Shown here: positions 31,098-38,909 of the stretch, in pieces
Position numbering within the stretch: position 1 is the stretch's first letter
Layout of the letters: every line of letters begins with the position of its first letter
IMG/VR virus record: IMGVR_UViG_3300045988_036009
DNA: 58,752 nucleotides
Strand: one strand, 5' to 3'
Source: a virus
Made by a program: the position numbers and the translations under genes
Notes under the pieces: model-generated
Databases searched by the model: none
Seen by the model: only the letters and a program-made list of their open reading frames with translations
What the model was told of the DNA's origin: nothing

Positions 31098-32995
31098 TAT
31101 CCACCTACTCGAGTAGCTTCTGTTCCGCTAGTTGCAGCATCTTCAGCACGAGCGCCTTTAGCTTTAGGTTTGAAGTAAACCGCAGCTTTAGCGCGAACAA
31201 GAGCACCTGAAAGACGAGTTTCAATCAAGTATTTCTGTTTGTTGTAGTCGATATCAAAGTGTTCGAATGTGTTAACTTCACCACCCTTGTTAGTACCGAT
31301 TTGGTAGTCAGCAAGGTTAACCATGATCATTTCGTCAGGTTTCAAGAAGTTAGTTTCAACGATTTCAGCAACACCAAACAATGAAGCAAGATATTCTTTA
31401 GTGGCAGGTTGTTGCCCACCGAATACCCATTGTTCGTTCTTGTTGCGGAGGAAACGAAGTTTAGTCAAGAACAAAGGATTCACGTAAAGTGATGGAGTTC
31501 CTGAACCAAGCATCTTAGTTTTCTCAGTTGCAACAGTTTCGAACAAGTCAAGAAGCATGTCTGGGTTGTAGTCAGCTTTGATTGTGTAGAAGTCTTCGTC
31601 CTTAGTAATAGGGCGGATCTTATCTTCTTTGATCTTAGCAGCGTCACCAGTAGCACGTCCGTCAGATACCAAGATTGCTTGCGCAATTTCGTCATTCAAC
31701 TTGATGCGCATTTCTTGGTTGAAGAATGCTGCAACGTTCAATTGTTGGCCGATATCGATAGCATCGTCACGGTCGATTGATTGTTTTTTATAGATCGTTT
31801 GAGGATCAGTTTTACGAGAAAGGAATGAAATGATTTGTTCTTTCTTTTCAGTTCCTTTGATGTAACCTTTAGCACGAAGTTGTTCGTCAGTAAGGTCAGA
31901 CAAGTCAGTCATGATAGACTTAACAAATGCTGTTGGCACTTTAGTTACACGAGACAAGATGTGTTCTGTCGCAGTGTTTGGTGAGTAGATTACTTGAACC
32001 CCACCTTGAAGTTGGTGATCCGGGAACAACTTGTCGATGTTGTTCATTGAGTGTTTAAGGACATCTCCACCATCAACTTCAGCAAGAATGTTACTTAGTT
32101 TGAGACCACGTTGTTGAGCAGTTTGCATTGCTTCTGTCAACGAATGACGGATCTCTTCGTTGTTGTTTGTGTTTTGTTCAAATGCGTTGTAGTGCATCAA
32201 AGTTCCTCCATTGTCAGATTGTTCGATTTCTTCATCGTCATCTTCTTCGTCAGCTTCTGCTGCGATTTCTTCAAGAATTTCGTCAACACGAGCATCAACT
32301 CGGTTATCGATTTCTTCGGCAATTGAAGCTTCATGTGCTTCGAGGGCGGCATTCGCTGCAGCTTCAGTCAAGATAGCTACTGCTTCTTGTTGATCTTCGT
32401 TCAAAGTTCCTAAAACTTCATCAAGAACTTCGCTCTCAGTTCCTTCGTCAGCGTGTTGGATACGGTCGAATAGACTTACACGATCATTACCAACCAAGAC
32501 GTCGCTCGCTGAGTGAATAAGTTCGTTACTTTCCATTAAAATAACTTCTCCTTCGTCTGGGTTCTCTGAGTGTTGTAACACTTCAGTGATGACTGCTCCA
32601 GGATTTGCTCCTGCAAGCACTAGCGATACTTCATAGATGTTACCATGAATTACATCATTTGCTGGAGTCCGCTTAATACGGTTAGCCCCAATAGACATAT
32701 GCATGATATCACCATGTTGTACAAGTTCCTTGGCGTTTTGGGCTTTTTGGGTATTATTGAAATATCCTCGGCCGTAAACACCTTCATCCGCATGTTGTAG
32801 CTCAACATGTCCAATGATGTTTTCTGGAGTGCTCGGGTCGTGTGACCAAACCAGAGGCACTCGCTTTCCATCATTTTCTTTGAAGGCTCCATGACGGATA
32901 GTGACACCGTCTGTACAACGCATGTCATTTCGGGTTACGTAACCCGCGAAATCATACTTAGGATGTTTTCCCATTATACGATTAACCTCCATCAA
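31097..32995 (-). CDS. Prohead protease (HK97/S78 family) fused to an acidic scaffold-like linker and an HK97-fold major capsid protein
   Basis: The N-terminal 150 aa (...DGVTIRHGAFKENDGKRVPLVWSHDPSTPENIIGHV...MSIGANRIKR) match the S78 protease pattern. aa 150-270 are acidic (DEEDDDEEIEQ). The C-terminal 350 aa (...FFNQEMRIKLNDEIAQAILVSDGR...KIKEDKIRPI...) are capsid-like. The start is ambiguous: TTG 32995, ATG 32992 or ATG 32974. Confidence 0.75.
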   Translation of the reverse strand: MMEVNRIMGKHPKYDFAGYVTRNDMRCTDGVTIRHGAFKENDGKRVPLVWSHDPSTPENIIGHVELQHADEGVYGRGYFNNTQKAQNAKELVQHGDIMHMSIGANRIKRTPANDVIHGNIYEVSLVLAGANPGAVITEVLQHSENPDEGEVILMESNELIHSASDVLVGNDRVSLFDRIQHADEGTESEVLDEVLGTLNEDQQEAVAILTEAAANAALEAHEASIAEEIDNRVDARVDEILEEIAAEADEEDDDEEIEQSDNGGTLMHYNAFEQNTNNNEEIRHSLTEAMQTAQQRGLKLSNILAEVDGGDVLKHSMNNIDKLFPDHQLQGGVQVIYSPNTATEHILSRVTKVPTAFVKSIMTDLSDLTDEQLRAKGYIKGTEKKEQIISFLSRKTDPQTIYKKQSIDRDDAIDIGQQLNVAAFFNQEMRIKLNDEIAQAILVSDGRATGDAAKIKEDKIRPITKDEDFYTIKADYNPDMLLDLFETVATEKTKMLGSGTPSLYVNPLFLTKLRFLRNKNEQWVFGGQQPATKEYLASLFGVAEIVETNFLKPDEMIMVNLADYQIGTNKGGEVNTFEHFDIDYNKQKYLIETRLSGALVRAKAAVYFKPKAKGARAEDAATSGTEATRVGG

Positions 32996-34327
32996 TTATT
33001 CGCCGCCATTTTGAAGGTAGTCTAGGTATTGTTGATAGCCGTCAGGATCCAGTTGTGAGGGATCCATACCTTGACCTTCTTCAGGGGACGCGACCGACCC
33101 AGGTACAGAAACATCTTGATTATTATCAGCAATGTTTGGATTATACAATTGATCGGCCATAGGATCCGAAATTGGACCATAACCGATAACCGCACGAAAC
33201 TCATTTGAGGTAAGAATACGGTTACGAAGCAATGAATCACCAATTGTCGCAAGTTGACTTGTCGGAACAAGTTTAAATGGATCGTTATAGGTAACAATCC
33301 GGTGTCCTTGCGTATATCCAGTCTTTGTGATAAATTTTCTTTGGAATTCTTCTTGAATACGCGTTACAATTGGATCAATTGTGCGTGTATAATAGTTTTG
33401 CATTTGTTCAGCATTGGCTGTACCATCAAATACGGCTTTGGTCAAACCGATTTGCGAAAGTAATTCCTCAGTTAGATATTTAATCTCCTCCATAAGATTA
33501 GTATTGATTGGTCTATTTAACTGAGTAATCTTTTCGTCGGCAGCAACATATGCAATACCAGTCGAAGATTTCGATAGCTGTTCTTCAATATCTTGAATAC
33601 GGGCGTCGGCTTCTTTACGCTTGATGTCATTACGGACAGGTACTGGTAATTGTAGAATCATGTTCCACTTATTAGCAATAGCCTCTCTGTCATGAGCATC
33701 TAAAACAGCTAACTTCTGTAATAAACGAGCCATCGTTGGGTTTTCAGAACCTACGATGTTTGCCAAAGGATTCTCGATAATCGCACACATTTTCTTAGGC
33801 ACGATAATCTCAGAGAAGTCTCCTTTTTCCTCGTTGTAAATTTTAACACGTACTTTCGTAGGATACCATTCCAAAATCTTACCGACCCGCATTGACTTGA
33901 TATCATACGAATCAGATTTAGACGGGTCTACAGTCGCTTCCAATGGGACTGCTGCGACTACTCCATCGTCAAATAGTGAATACACTAAATCGTGGAAGAA
34001 GTCGGTTGAAGATTGGTCAAGGTTCATCTCGACATCAAACAGTCTCTGTAACGCTGAGTTCTTTTGCACCTCTTGGTTTTCACCATCGGGAGCTAACTTG
34101 ACGTGTTGGAATTTAACCATAGCAGCATCCATAGCAATACGGTTAAAGATCATTGATGCAATCGACGAACGACTAAAGGAACGACCCGGAATAGAAGTGT
34201 TAGGACTCAATGCACGGGGTTCCAAAGACAATTGAAATGGTTCGTCAGTCTCAACAAGATTTGAGGAGGATTGTGTTCGTGAAAACATAGCCCAAGCATG
34301 AGTCAATCCATCGGTAAAAATACTCAT
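32996..34327 (-). CDS. Portal protein
   Basis: 443-aa ORF between large terminase and protease/capsid, with an acidic C-terminus. Assigned mainly by position and size. Confidence 0.7.
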   Translation of the reverse strand: MSIFTDGLTHAWAMFSRTQSSSNLVETDEPFQLSLEPRALSPNTSIPGRSFSRSSIASMIFNRIAMDAAMVKFQHVKLAPDGENQEVQKNSALQRLFDVEMNLDQSSTDFFHDLVYSLFDDGVVAAVPLEATVDPSKSDSYDIKSMRVGKILEWYPTKVRVKIYNEEKGDFSEIIVPKKMCAIIENPLANIVGSENPTMARLLQKLAVLDAHDREAIANKWNMILQLPVPVRNDIKRKEADARIQDIEEQLSKSSTGIAYVAADEKITQLNRPINTNLMEEIKYLTEELLSQIGLTKAVFDGTANAEQMQNYYTRTIDPIVTRIQEEFQRKFITKTGYTQGHRIVTYNDPFKLVPTSQLATIGDSLLRNRILTSNEFRAVIGYGPISDPMADQLYNPNIADNNQDVSVPGSVASPEEGQGMDPSQLDPDGYQQYLDYLQNGGE

Positions 34328-34337
34328 ATTGGCCTCT

Positions 34338-36068
34338 CTAAGCCGCGTATAGATCCATGTTGCGTTTAAACGCTACCCATGCGTCGATCAGTGCGGCTAC
34401 GTTATCGATCTTTTCATCAGATCTTCGTTTCGATAACTTGTAGTTACCGTTATTATCCTGAATAGCGACAGCATTACCCATCGCAAATTTCATTAGCTCT
34501 TCGTCAAATATTAATTGACGTTCCATAGCCAAGTTCTTCAACTCGCCCATAGGTACAGATTCTGTACGAGACCCTTGGATAATCTTTTCTACGCCATACT
34601 CACCGTTATCTCTAGACCAACGCTCAACAAATTCTCGAGCATTATATGGGTCGAAACCAAATGAGTAAACGACGTAGTTGTGTCTATAAATAAAGTTTGT
34701 TAGATCATCGTATACCTTATTCATATCTAATACAACGTCCGGCATGACAATAAGTGTACCTTCATCAATGAAAGTGTCATACTTATTGCGCATCGCAGAA
34801 GTCAATTTCTTAAGCTTAGACTCACATACATAAGATCTGGTCTTAACACCAAATCTACCACGGCCCAATGGGAATAAGAATGTAAATGCACAGAAGTCAT
34901 CACCTTGAGAAAGGTCTCCTCCCATTGCACATTCCAGTCCATCGAAGTTTTGAGGTCTATGAGGAATAGTCTCTTCGTAAACGAAGAAGTAAGTGTATCC
35001 CTCAACCGGTATTCCGAAACGTTTAGCCAGAGTATCAGCACGAGTTGATGGTTGAGTCTCTGCTCGTTCCACTTCTCGTCGATAAGTCTCGTAGCTAACA
35101 GTTGCTCCCAGGTTTGGATTGGCCTTAAGCCATGTTTCTGGGTGTGCTACCTCACGAACATCATCAAGTCTGTAGTACCAGATTGATACATGAGGGTTGA
35201 AATACCGACCTTCTAGTATGTCAGTTAGCTCCATTTTGATTGTATCACCAACACCGTCCCGGGCCGTACCTTCGGACGACGTGGCTATGATAAGGTAGTT
35301 GTCATTCTTAGATGCACCCTGTTCGATCGCGCCGATAACATTATCTCGAACTTCTCCGGATAGCCATTCGTCAACCGCTGCATACTTACAACGTAATCCT
35401 TGAAGTTTATCGACCGACATTGGGCGAATCTCTAACAAACTGTTTGTTGCGAAGTTCTCCACACCTTTCTTGGTTGATGCTAGCAACTGTTTCTGGGTAA
35501 GATTCCCAGTCATCTTAGATCCTTGGACCATATACCGAATCATTGGGCCTTTAGCTCGACTCAAAGCCGTTCTGAATGGACCCATAATTTCCTCGGCCTG
35601 TTTCATTGTAGGGGCACAGACGATTTGGTGTGTTGTAGCTGTATCTATCAGTAACATGTAAGCTTGCATGTACGTAGAATACATTGACTTCGCAGCTCCC
35701 CGTCCAACAATTAGAAATTGTTTATTGACAAGTCGCTTGAATTTTGATTTTATCTCCCATTTACCTAGTTTAGGATTGTAAACTTTGTCTTCTGAGACAT
35801 AAAACCATGCAAGGGCACATTCGGCCCAGAGTTTAAACGACGGCAGAAGAGTTACGTCACTACCGTCGGTGAGGGTCATTTCATTTTCGCAAAATCTTAC
35901 AAAGCCCTCAATCGCTTTACTATCATAGTAATAATCCGGCGACTCGATTAAGAAATCGATACGGTTCATTTCCAGTGATACCATCCGATTGACCGGAATT
36001 TCACCTCTAAGAACTTGCTCCTTAAACTTCATATACTCTTCCGGATATGCTTTGTTCGAAAGTACCAA
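34338..36068 (-). CDS. Terminase large subunit (Terminase_1-like)
   Basis: 576 aa, TTG start after AAGGGAG. Walker A FLIVGRGAAKSMY, N-terminus ...FVRFCENEMTLTDGS...LLPSFKLWAE typical of this family, plus a C-terminal nuclease-like half. Confidence 0.85.
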   Translation of the reverse strand: MVLSNKAYPEEYMKFKEQVLRGEIPVNRMVSLEMNRIDFLIESPDYYYDSKAIEGFVRFCENEMTLTDGSDVTLLPSFKLWAECALAWFYVSEDKVYNPKLGKWEIKSKFKRLVNKQFLIVGRGAAKSMYSTYMQAYMLLIDTATTHQIVCAPTMKQAEEIMGPFRTALSRAKGPMIRYMVQGSKMTGNLTQKQLLASTKKGVENFATNSLLEIRPMSVDKLQGLRCKYAAVDEWLSGEVRDNVIGAIEQGASKNDNYLIIATSSEGTARDGVGDTIKMELTDILEGRYFNPHVSIWYYRLDDVREVAHPETWLKANPNLGATVSYETYRREVERAETQPSTRADTLAKRFGIPVEGYTYFFVYEETIPHRPQNFDGLECAMGGDLSQGDDFCAFTFLFPLGRGRFGVKTRSYVCESKLKKLTSAMRNKYDTFIDEGTLIVMPDVVLDMNKVYDDLTNFIYRHNYVVYSFGFDPYNAREFVERWSRDNGEYGVEKIIQGSRTESVPMGELKNLAMERQLIFDEELMKFAMGNAVAIQDNNGNYKLSKRRSDEKIDNVAALIDAWVAFKRNMDLYAA

Positions 36069-36084
36069 AAATTAACTCCCTTAC

Positions 36085-36489
36085 TTAATTCTTCTTTTTA
36101 GATGCTGACCCAGCAACTGCATCGAAACCGGAGTTTACAGATTTCTTGACTACAGATCCTACCGCAGTACGGGCCATATCACGGAAGAAACTATCTTTAT
36201 TAGATGGTTTCATAGTAACTTGAGCATTACGTTTAATTTGTTCCGCGAAATCATTTTCCAATCTTAATCGTTCTGTTGCTCTACGTATGTCCTTATCGGT
36301 CATAGAAGCACGATTCTGATATTTCTTTTTCCACTTGGCAGTGGTTCTTGCAGAGTTTTTGGCTCTTCGTCGAGCCCGAACATTAGATGCTCGGTTCTTT
36401 CTAAAACCCCACTTCATGCCTTTGATACCAAAGTGTTCGATAAAATCGGAAGAAGAATCTACTGAAACCAACTCATTCTGGTTTTGCAT
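36085..36489 (-). CDS. Basic protein of the HxGxKGMKWG-motif family (member A)
   Basis: 134 aa. ...SSSDFIEHFGIKGMKWGFRKNR followed by an Arg/Lys-rich segment (RARRRAKNSARTTAKWKKKYQNR). Confidence 0.75.
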   Translation of the reverse strand: MQNQNELVSVDSSSDFIEHFGIKGMKWGFRKNRASNVRARRRAKNSARTTAKWKKKYQNRASMTDKDIRRATERLRLENDFAEQIKRNAQVTMKPSNKDSFFRDMARTAVGSVVKKSVNSGFDAVAGSASKKKN

Positions 36490-36823
36490 TGTATACCTCC
36501 TTCTGAATAATAATCCTATGCGACAAATTGTTTAAACTTGTCGTTAAGGTTGTTAATACAGAACCTGTAGGAGGATCGAATACAATTCTCACAGAGATGT
36601 AGATAAATTGCTTAACCAATCTCAATAAATGTTTGTCTGAAGAATGTAACAGTTGATCCCATGTGGTTTCTTTTGTTACTTCGACTTCGGGATGGACATT
36701 TGTAAGTTGTGATAATGTACCTAATGCTCCATCGATCTCTAGAAGTAATCTAGAGTCGAATCCTGTATCTTCTTCGGAGGCAAAATCCAATGTTGTTTTA
36801 ACATCGTCTAAAATTTTAGACAT
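36473..36823 (-). CDS. Hypothetical protein
   Basis: 116-aa ORF. The acidic N-terminus with ...DSRLLLEIDGALGTLSQL faintly resembles gp6-type head-tail connector proteins, which I could not verify. Confidence 0.6.
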   Translation of the reverse strand: MSKILDDVKTTLDFASEEDTGFDSRLLLEIDGALGTLSQLTNVHPEVEVTKETTWDQLLHSSDKHLLRLVKQFIYISVRIVFDPPTGSVLTTLTTSLNNLSHRIIIQKEVYNAKPE

Positions 36824-36832
36824 ATACTTACC

Positions 36833-37255
36833 TCACCATAATTTAGTATCTCCTGGTTGGCGTTCGACAAGTATGGATTGGGATCTATCACCGTAGTGGA
36901 TTATGTTATGAGTGTTTCTAGAAGTTGTTATTAGAAGGTCGGGATTAAGCAAGATGTCTTCTCGCCATTCCAATATGTCATCCTCTTCAAGAGGAATCAT
37001 ATGGTGAACGATAATATCTTGCTTATTAGGTATTTGAATACCGGGTACTCCAAGATCGTATCCTAGATCTCGTGCTATGATTTCTTCTCGTAGATCACGC
37101 CAAATCCGAGACTTGTAGAATGGATTTGACATGTGTCTTGGTGATCTATACCCACGTTTGAATAACGATAAGTAATTGAGTCGATCTCCAAAGCTGTCTA
37201 AGGTTAATAGTTTCTTGTAAGAAAGATCTTCAAACATACTTCTATCTCTCATCAC
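36833..37255 (-). CDS. HNH endonuclease
   Basis: 140 aa. ...DIIVHHMIPLEEDD...NPDLLITTSRNTHNIIHYG gives the H-N-H spacing. Located in the terminase neighbourhood, as in cos-type HNH-dependent packaging systems. Confidence 0.75.
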   Translation of the reverse strand: MMRDRSMFEDLSYKKLLTLDSFGDRLNYLSLFKRGYRSPRHMSNPFYKSRIWRDLREEIIARDLGYDLGVPGIQIPNKQDIIVHHMIPLEEDDILEWREDILLNPDLLITTSRNTHNIIHYGDRSQSILVERQPGDTKLW

Positions 37256-37566
37256 AATTCCTCTGACGGCATATAACCACGGATAGCGTTTATAACTTCC
37301 TGGCTATCACCCTTTCCTTTTACTTCGCTATCAATTAATGAGACACGAGAACTATCTAGTTTGTTCTTCGTTCTCAAACTCTCCAACTGGAGTTCATTCT
37401 CGACTGTTCCGTACTTGAGTAACGCGTTTAATGTACTTGGCGCGATAGTACCATTGTCGAGTTGTCTTTCTGCCAGATCGAATGCCTTTTTTGTTAGTTT
37501 TAGCATTCTTCCTTCTGGAGTTAAAGCTTGACGGATGTCGTCCGTTTCATTTCGTCTTCGGGGCAT
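37252..37566 (-). CDS. Hypothetical protein; possible small terminase subunit (position and size only)
   Basis: 104-aa ORF with a basic N-terminus (MPRRRNETDD), upstream of HNH and TerL. Confidence 0.55.
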   Translation of the reverse strand: MPRRRNETDDIRQALTPEGRMLKLTKKAFDLAERQLDNGTIAPSTLNALLKYGTVENELQLESLRTKNKLDSSRVSLIDSEVKGKGDSQEVINAIRGYMPSEEL

Positions 37567-37894
37567 TGTTAGATACCTCCGTATTCGGCTTCACTTCACC
37601 CTGAAGTCTGCGTAAAGCTTGGACAGCATGCTCGATATAATCTTCAGCTTGAGTAATTGATAAACGAATACCAACCTCGTTAGCAAAGCTTGTTAATTTC
37701 CCGAGAGCTTCTTGTTTCTTAGCTTCATTCGCGATACCTAAGGAATCAAGTGAAGAAACGATAATCATCGCACGTTCCGCAAGAGTCGAAACTTTCTTAT
37801 TGTTGGTTAATGCTCCGATGTATTTAATCAATTCAACAACGACTGGTAAAACTACACCAAGTGCAACCAACAAATTAACTACGTTTTCTAACAT
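37547..37894 (-). CDS. Holin, LL-H-family-like
   Basis: Start set at the ATG at 37894 (MLENVVNLLVALGVVLPVVVELIKYI...). One N-terminal TM segment, then a helical soluble part ...LSITQAEDYIEHAVQALRR, as in LL-H-type holins. Confidence 0.5.
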   Translation of the reverse strand: MLENVVNLLVALGVVLPVVVELIKYIGALTNNKKVSTLAERAMIIVSSLDSLGIANEAKKQEALGKLTSFANEVGIRLSITQAEDYIEHAVQALRRLQGEVKPNTEVSNNAPKTK

Positions 37895-38345
37895 TGCGTT
37901 TTCCTTCTTCCTTGATATTATTCTCGTCAACATAATCGTTAACTATACGACTGACATATGAATTACCACCCTTTTGTGAGTAGCTATCATACATATGCAG
38001 TATCTCGTTGTTGGATAAACGTCCAGAATGGATCCCTGTGATGATTTGTAATCGCAGAAAGTCCAGTTCTTGCGTCTTTCGCATCTCTTCAAAGCTTATA
38101 GCTAACGCTGTAATAGAATTTTTGATCGCTTCGATCTCTTGATTCTGCTTTTCCTCCAGTTTTGCCCATAGCTTCTTAAAGACTCTAGTGGCAAAACCAA
38201 TGATTGATGCTCCAATACCAAAGTATAGTCCAATCTGTGACAGAACTTCAGGAGATAGTAGCCACTTTAGTAGACCATGGATGTGGTCTTGTACTTCAGG
38301 GTGCATACTTATCTCGCTTTCTATAATAGTTACCCCATACTTCAA
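37875..38345 (-). CDS. Membrane protein (possible second holin/lysis regulator); start uncertain (TTG 38345 or ATG 38306)
   Basis: 156-aa ORF. TM segment VLSQIGLYFGIGASIIGFATRVF, followed by a coiled coil. First gene after the GC-rich island. Confidence 0.55.
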   Translation of the reverse strand: MKYGVTIIESEISMHPEVQDHIHGLLKWLLSPEVLSQIGLYFGIGASIIGFATRVFKKLWAKLEEKQNQEIEAIKNSITALAISFEEMRKTQELDFLRLQIITGIHSGRLSNNEILHMYDSYSQKGGNSYVSRIVNDYVDENNIKEEGKRNVRKRS

Positions 38346-38371
38346 ACCCAGTTTTAGGTTTGAAAACCACT

Positions 38372-38444
38372 CCGGGGAAATTTTGGAGAGGTGCGGCGAT
38401 GCAGGGGGGTGGGGAGTCTCTGCTACCCCTCCCCTTAGGGGGTG
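38372..38444. other. GC-rich structured island (candidate cos/packaging or processing site)
   Basis: ccggggaaattttggagaggtgcggcgatgcaggggggtggggagtctctgctacccctccccttagggggtg. GGGGTGGGG at 38406..38414 is complementary to CCCCTCCCC at 38427..38435. It has no T-run, contrasts sharply with the AT-rich surroundings, and lies just upstream of the holin/TerS/HNH/TerL block. Confidence 0.4.
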
Positions 38445-38466
38445 TCACTTGAAATGGTTTGATTTT

Positions 38467-38895
38467 TTATCCATTTTCAAATGTCACGATTCCGGACTGC
38501 GTTGTCGGAAGACGAATGGGCGTTGAAACGTTCTTCTTGATCGTTGTCCATACGCCTTCGATTGGACCTTCATCGATGATCCAGTTCATAGCCACAGCTG
38601 TTCGCTGAGCTTCCTCAACAGCATCGAGCGCGTCTGATGTGTCACCAATAGCCATTGCTAATAGTTCTGGTGTGTTGTAACCATTGTCTTTGTCCCATTG
38701 CCACCAAGCATCGTAGTTGTCGTAAGGGTTGTAAGGGTTGTCGTATGTAGTTAACATAGCATCAACAGTTGTCTCACGTTCATACTCAGCATCAGTTACT
38801 TGATCGTCTGTATGATCACTCATAGCATCAGGCATAGCATCGTGCATGAGCTCGTTAGAGTCTTCATGCTCTAGTGGTTGTGTAGTGTACGTCAT
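38467..38895 (-). CDS. Acidic hypothetical protein
   Basis: 142-aa ORF. Very acidic N-half, with ...TTYDNPYNPYDNYDAWWQWDKDNGYNT... aromatic-rich motif. Confidence 0.65.
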   Translation of the reverse strand: MTYTTQPLEHEDSNELMHDAMPDAMSDHTDDQVTDAEYERETTVDAMLTTYDNPYNPYDNYDAWWQWDKDNGYNTPELLAMAIGDTSDALDAVEEAQRTAVAMNWIIDEGPIEGVWTTIKKNVSTPIRLPTTQSGIVTFENG

Positions 38896-38909
38896 GCATG
38901 GCCTCCTTT

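Noticed and set aside
38404-38443. G-quadruplex formation by the G-runs in the GC-rich island
   Set aside because: Only three closely spaced G-tracts of at least 4 are on one strand. The complementary C-runs nearby make a duplex hairpin the more likely structure. It is not testable from sequence alone.
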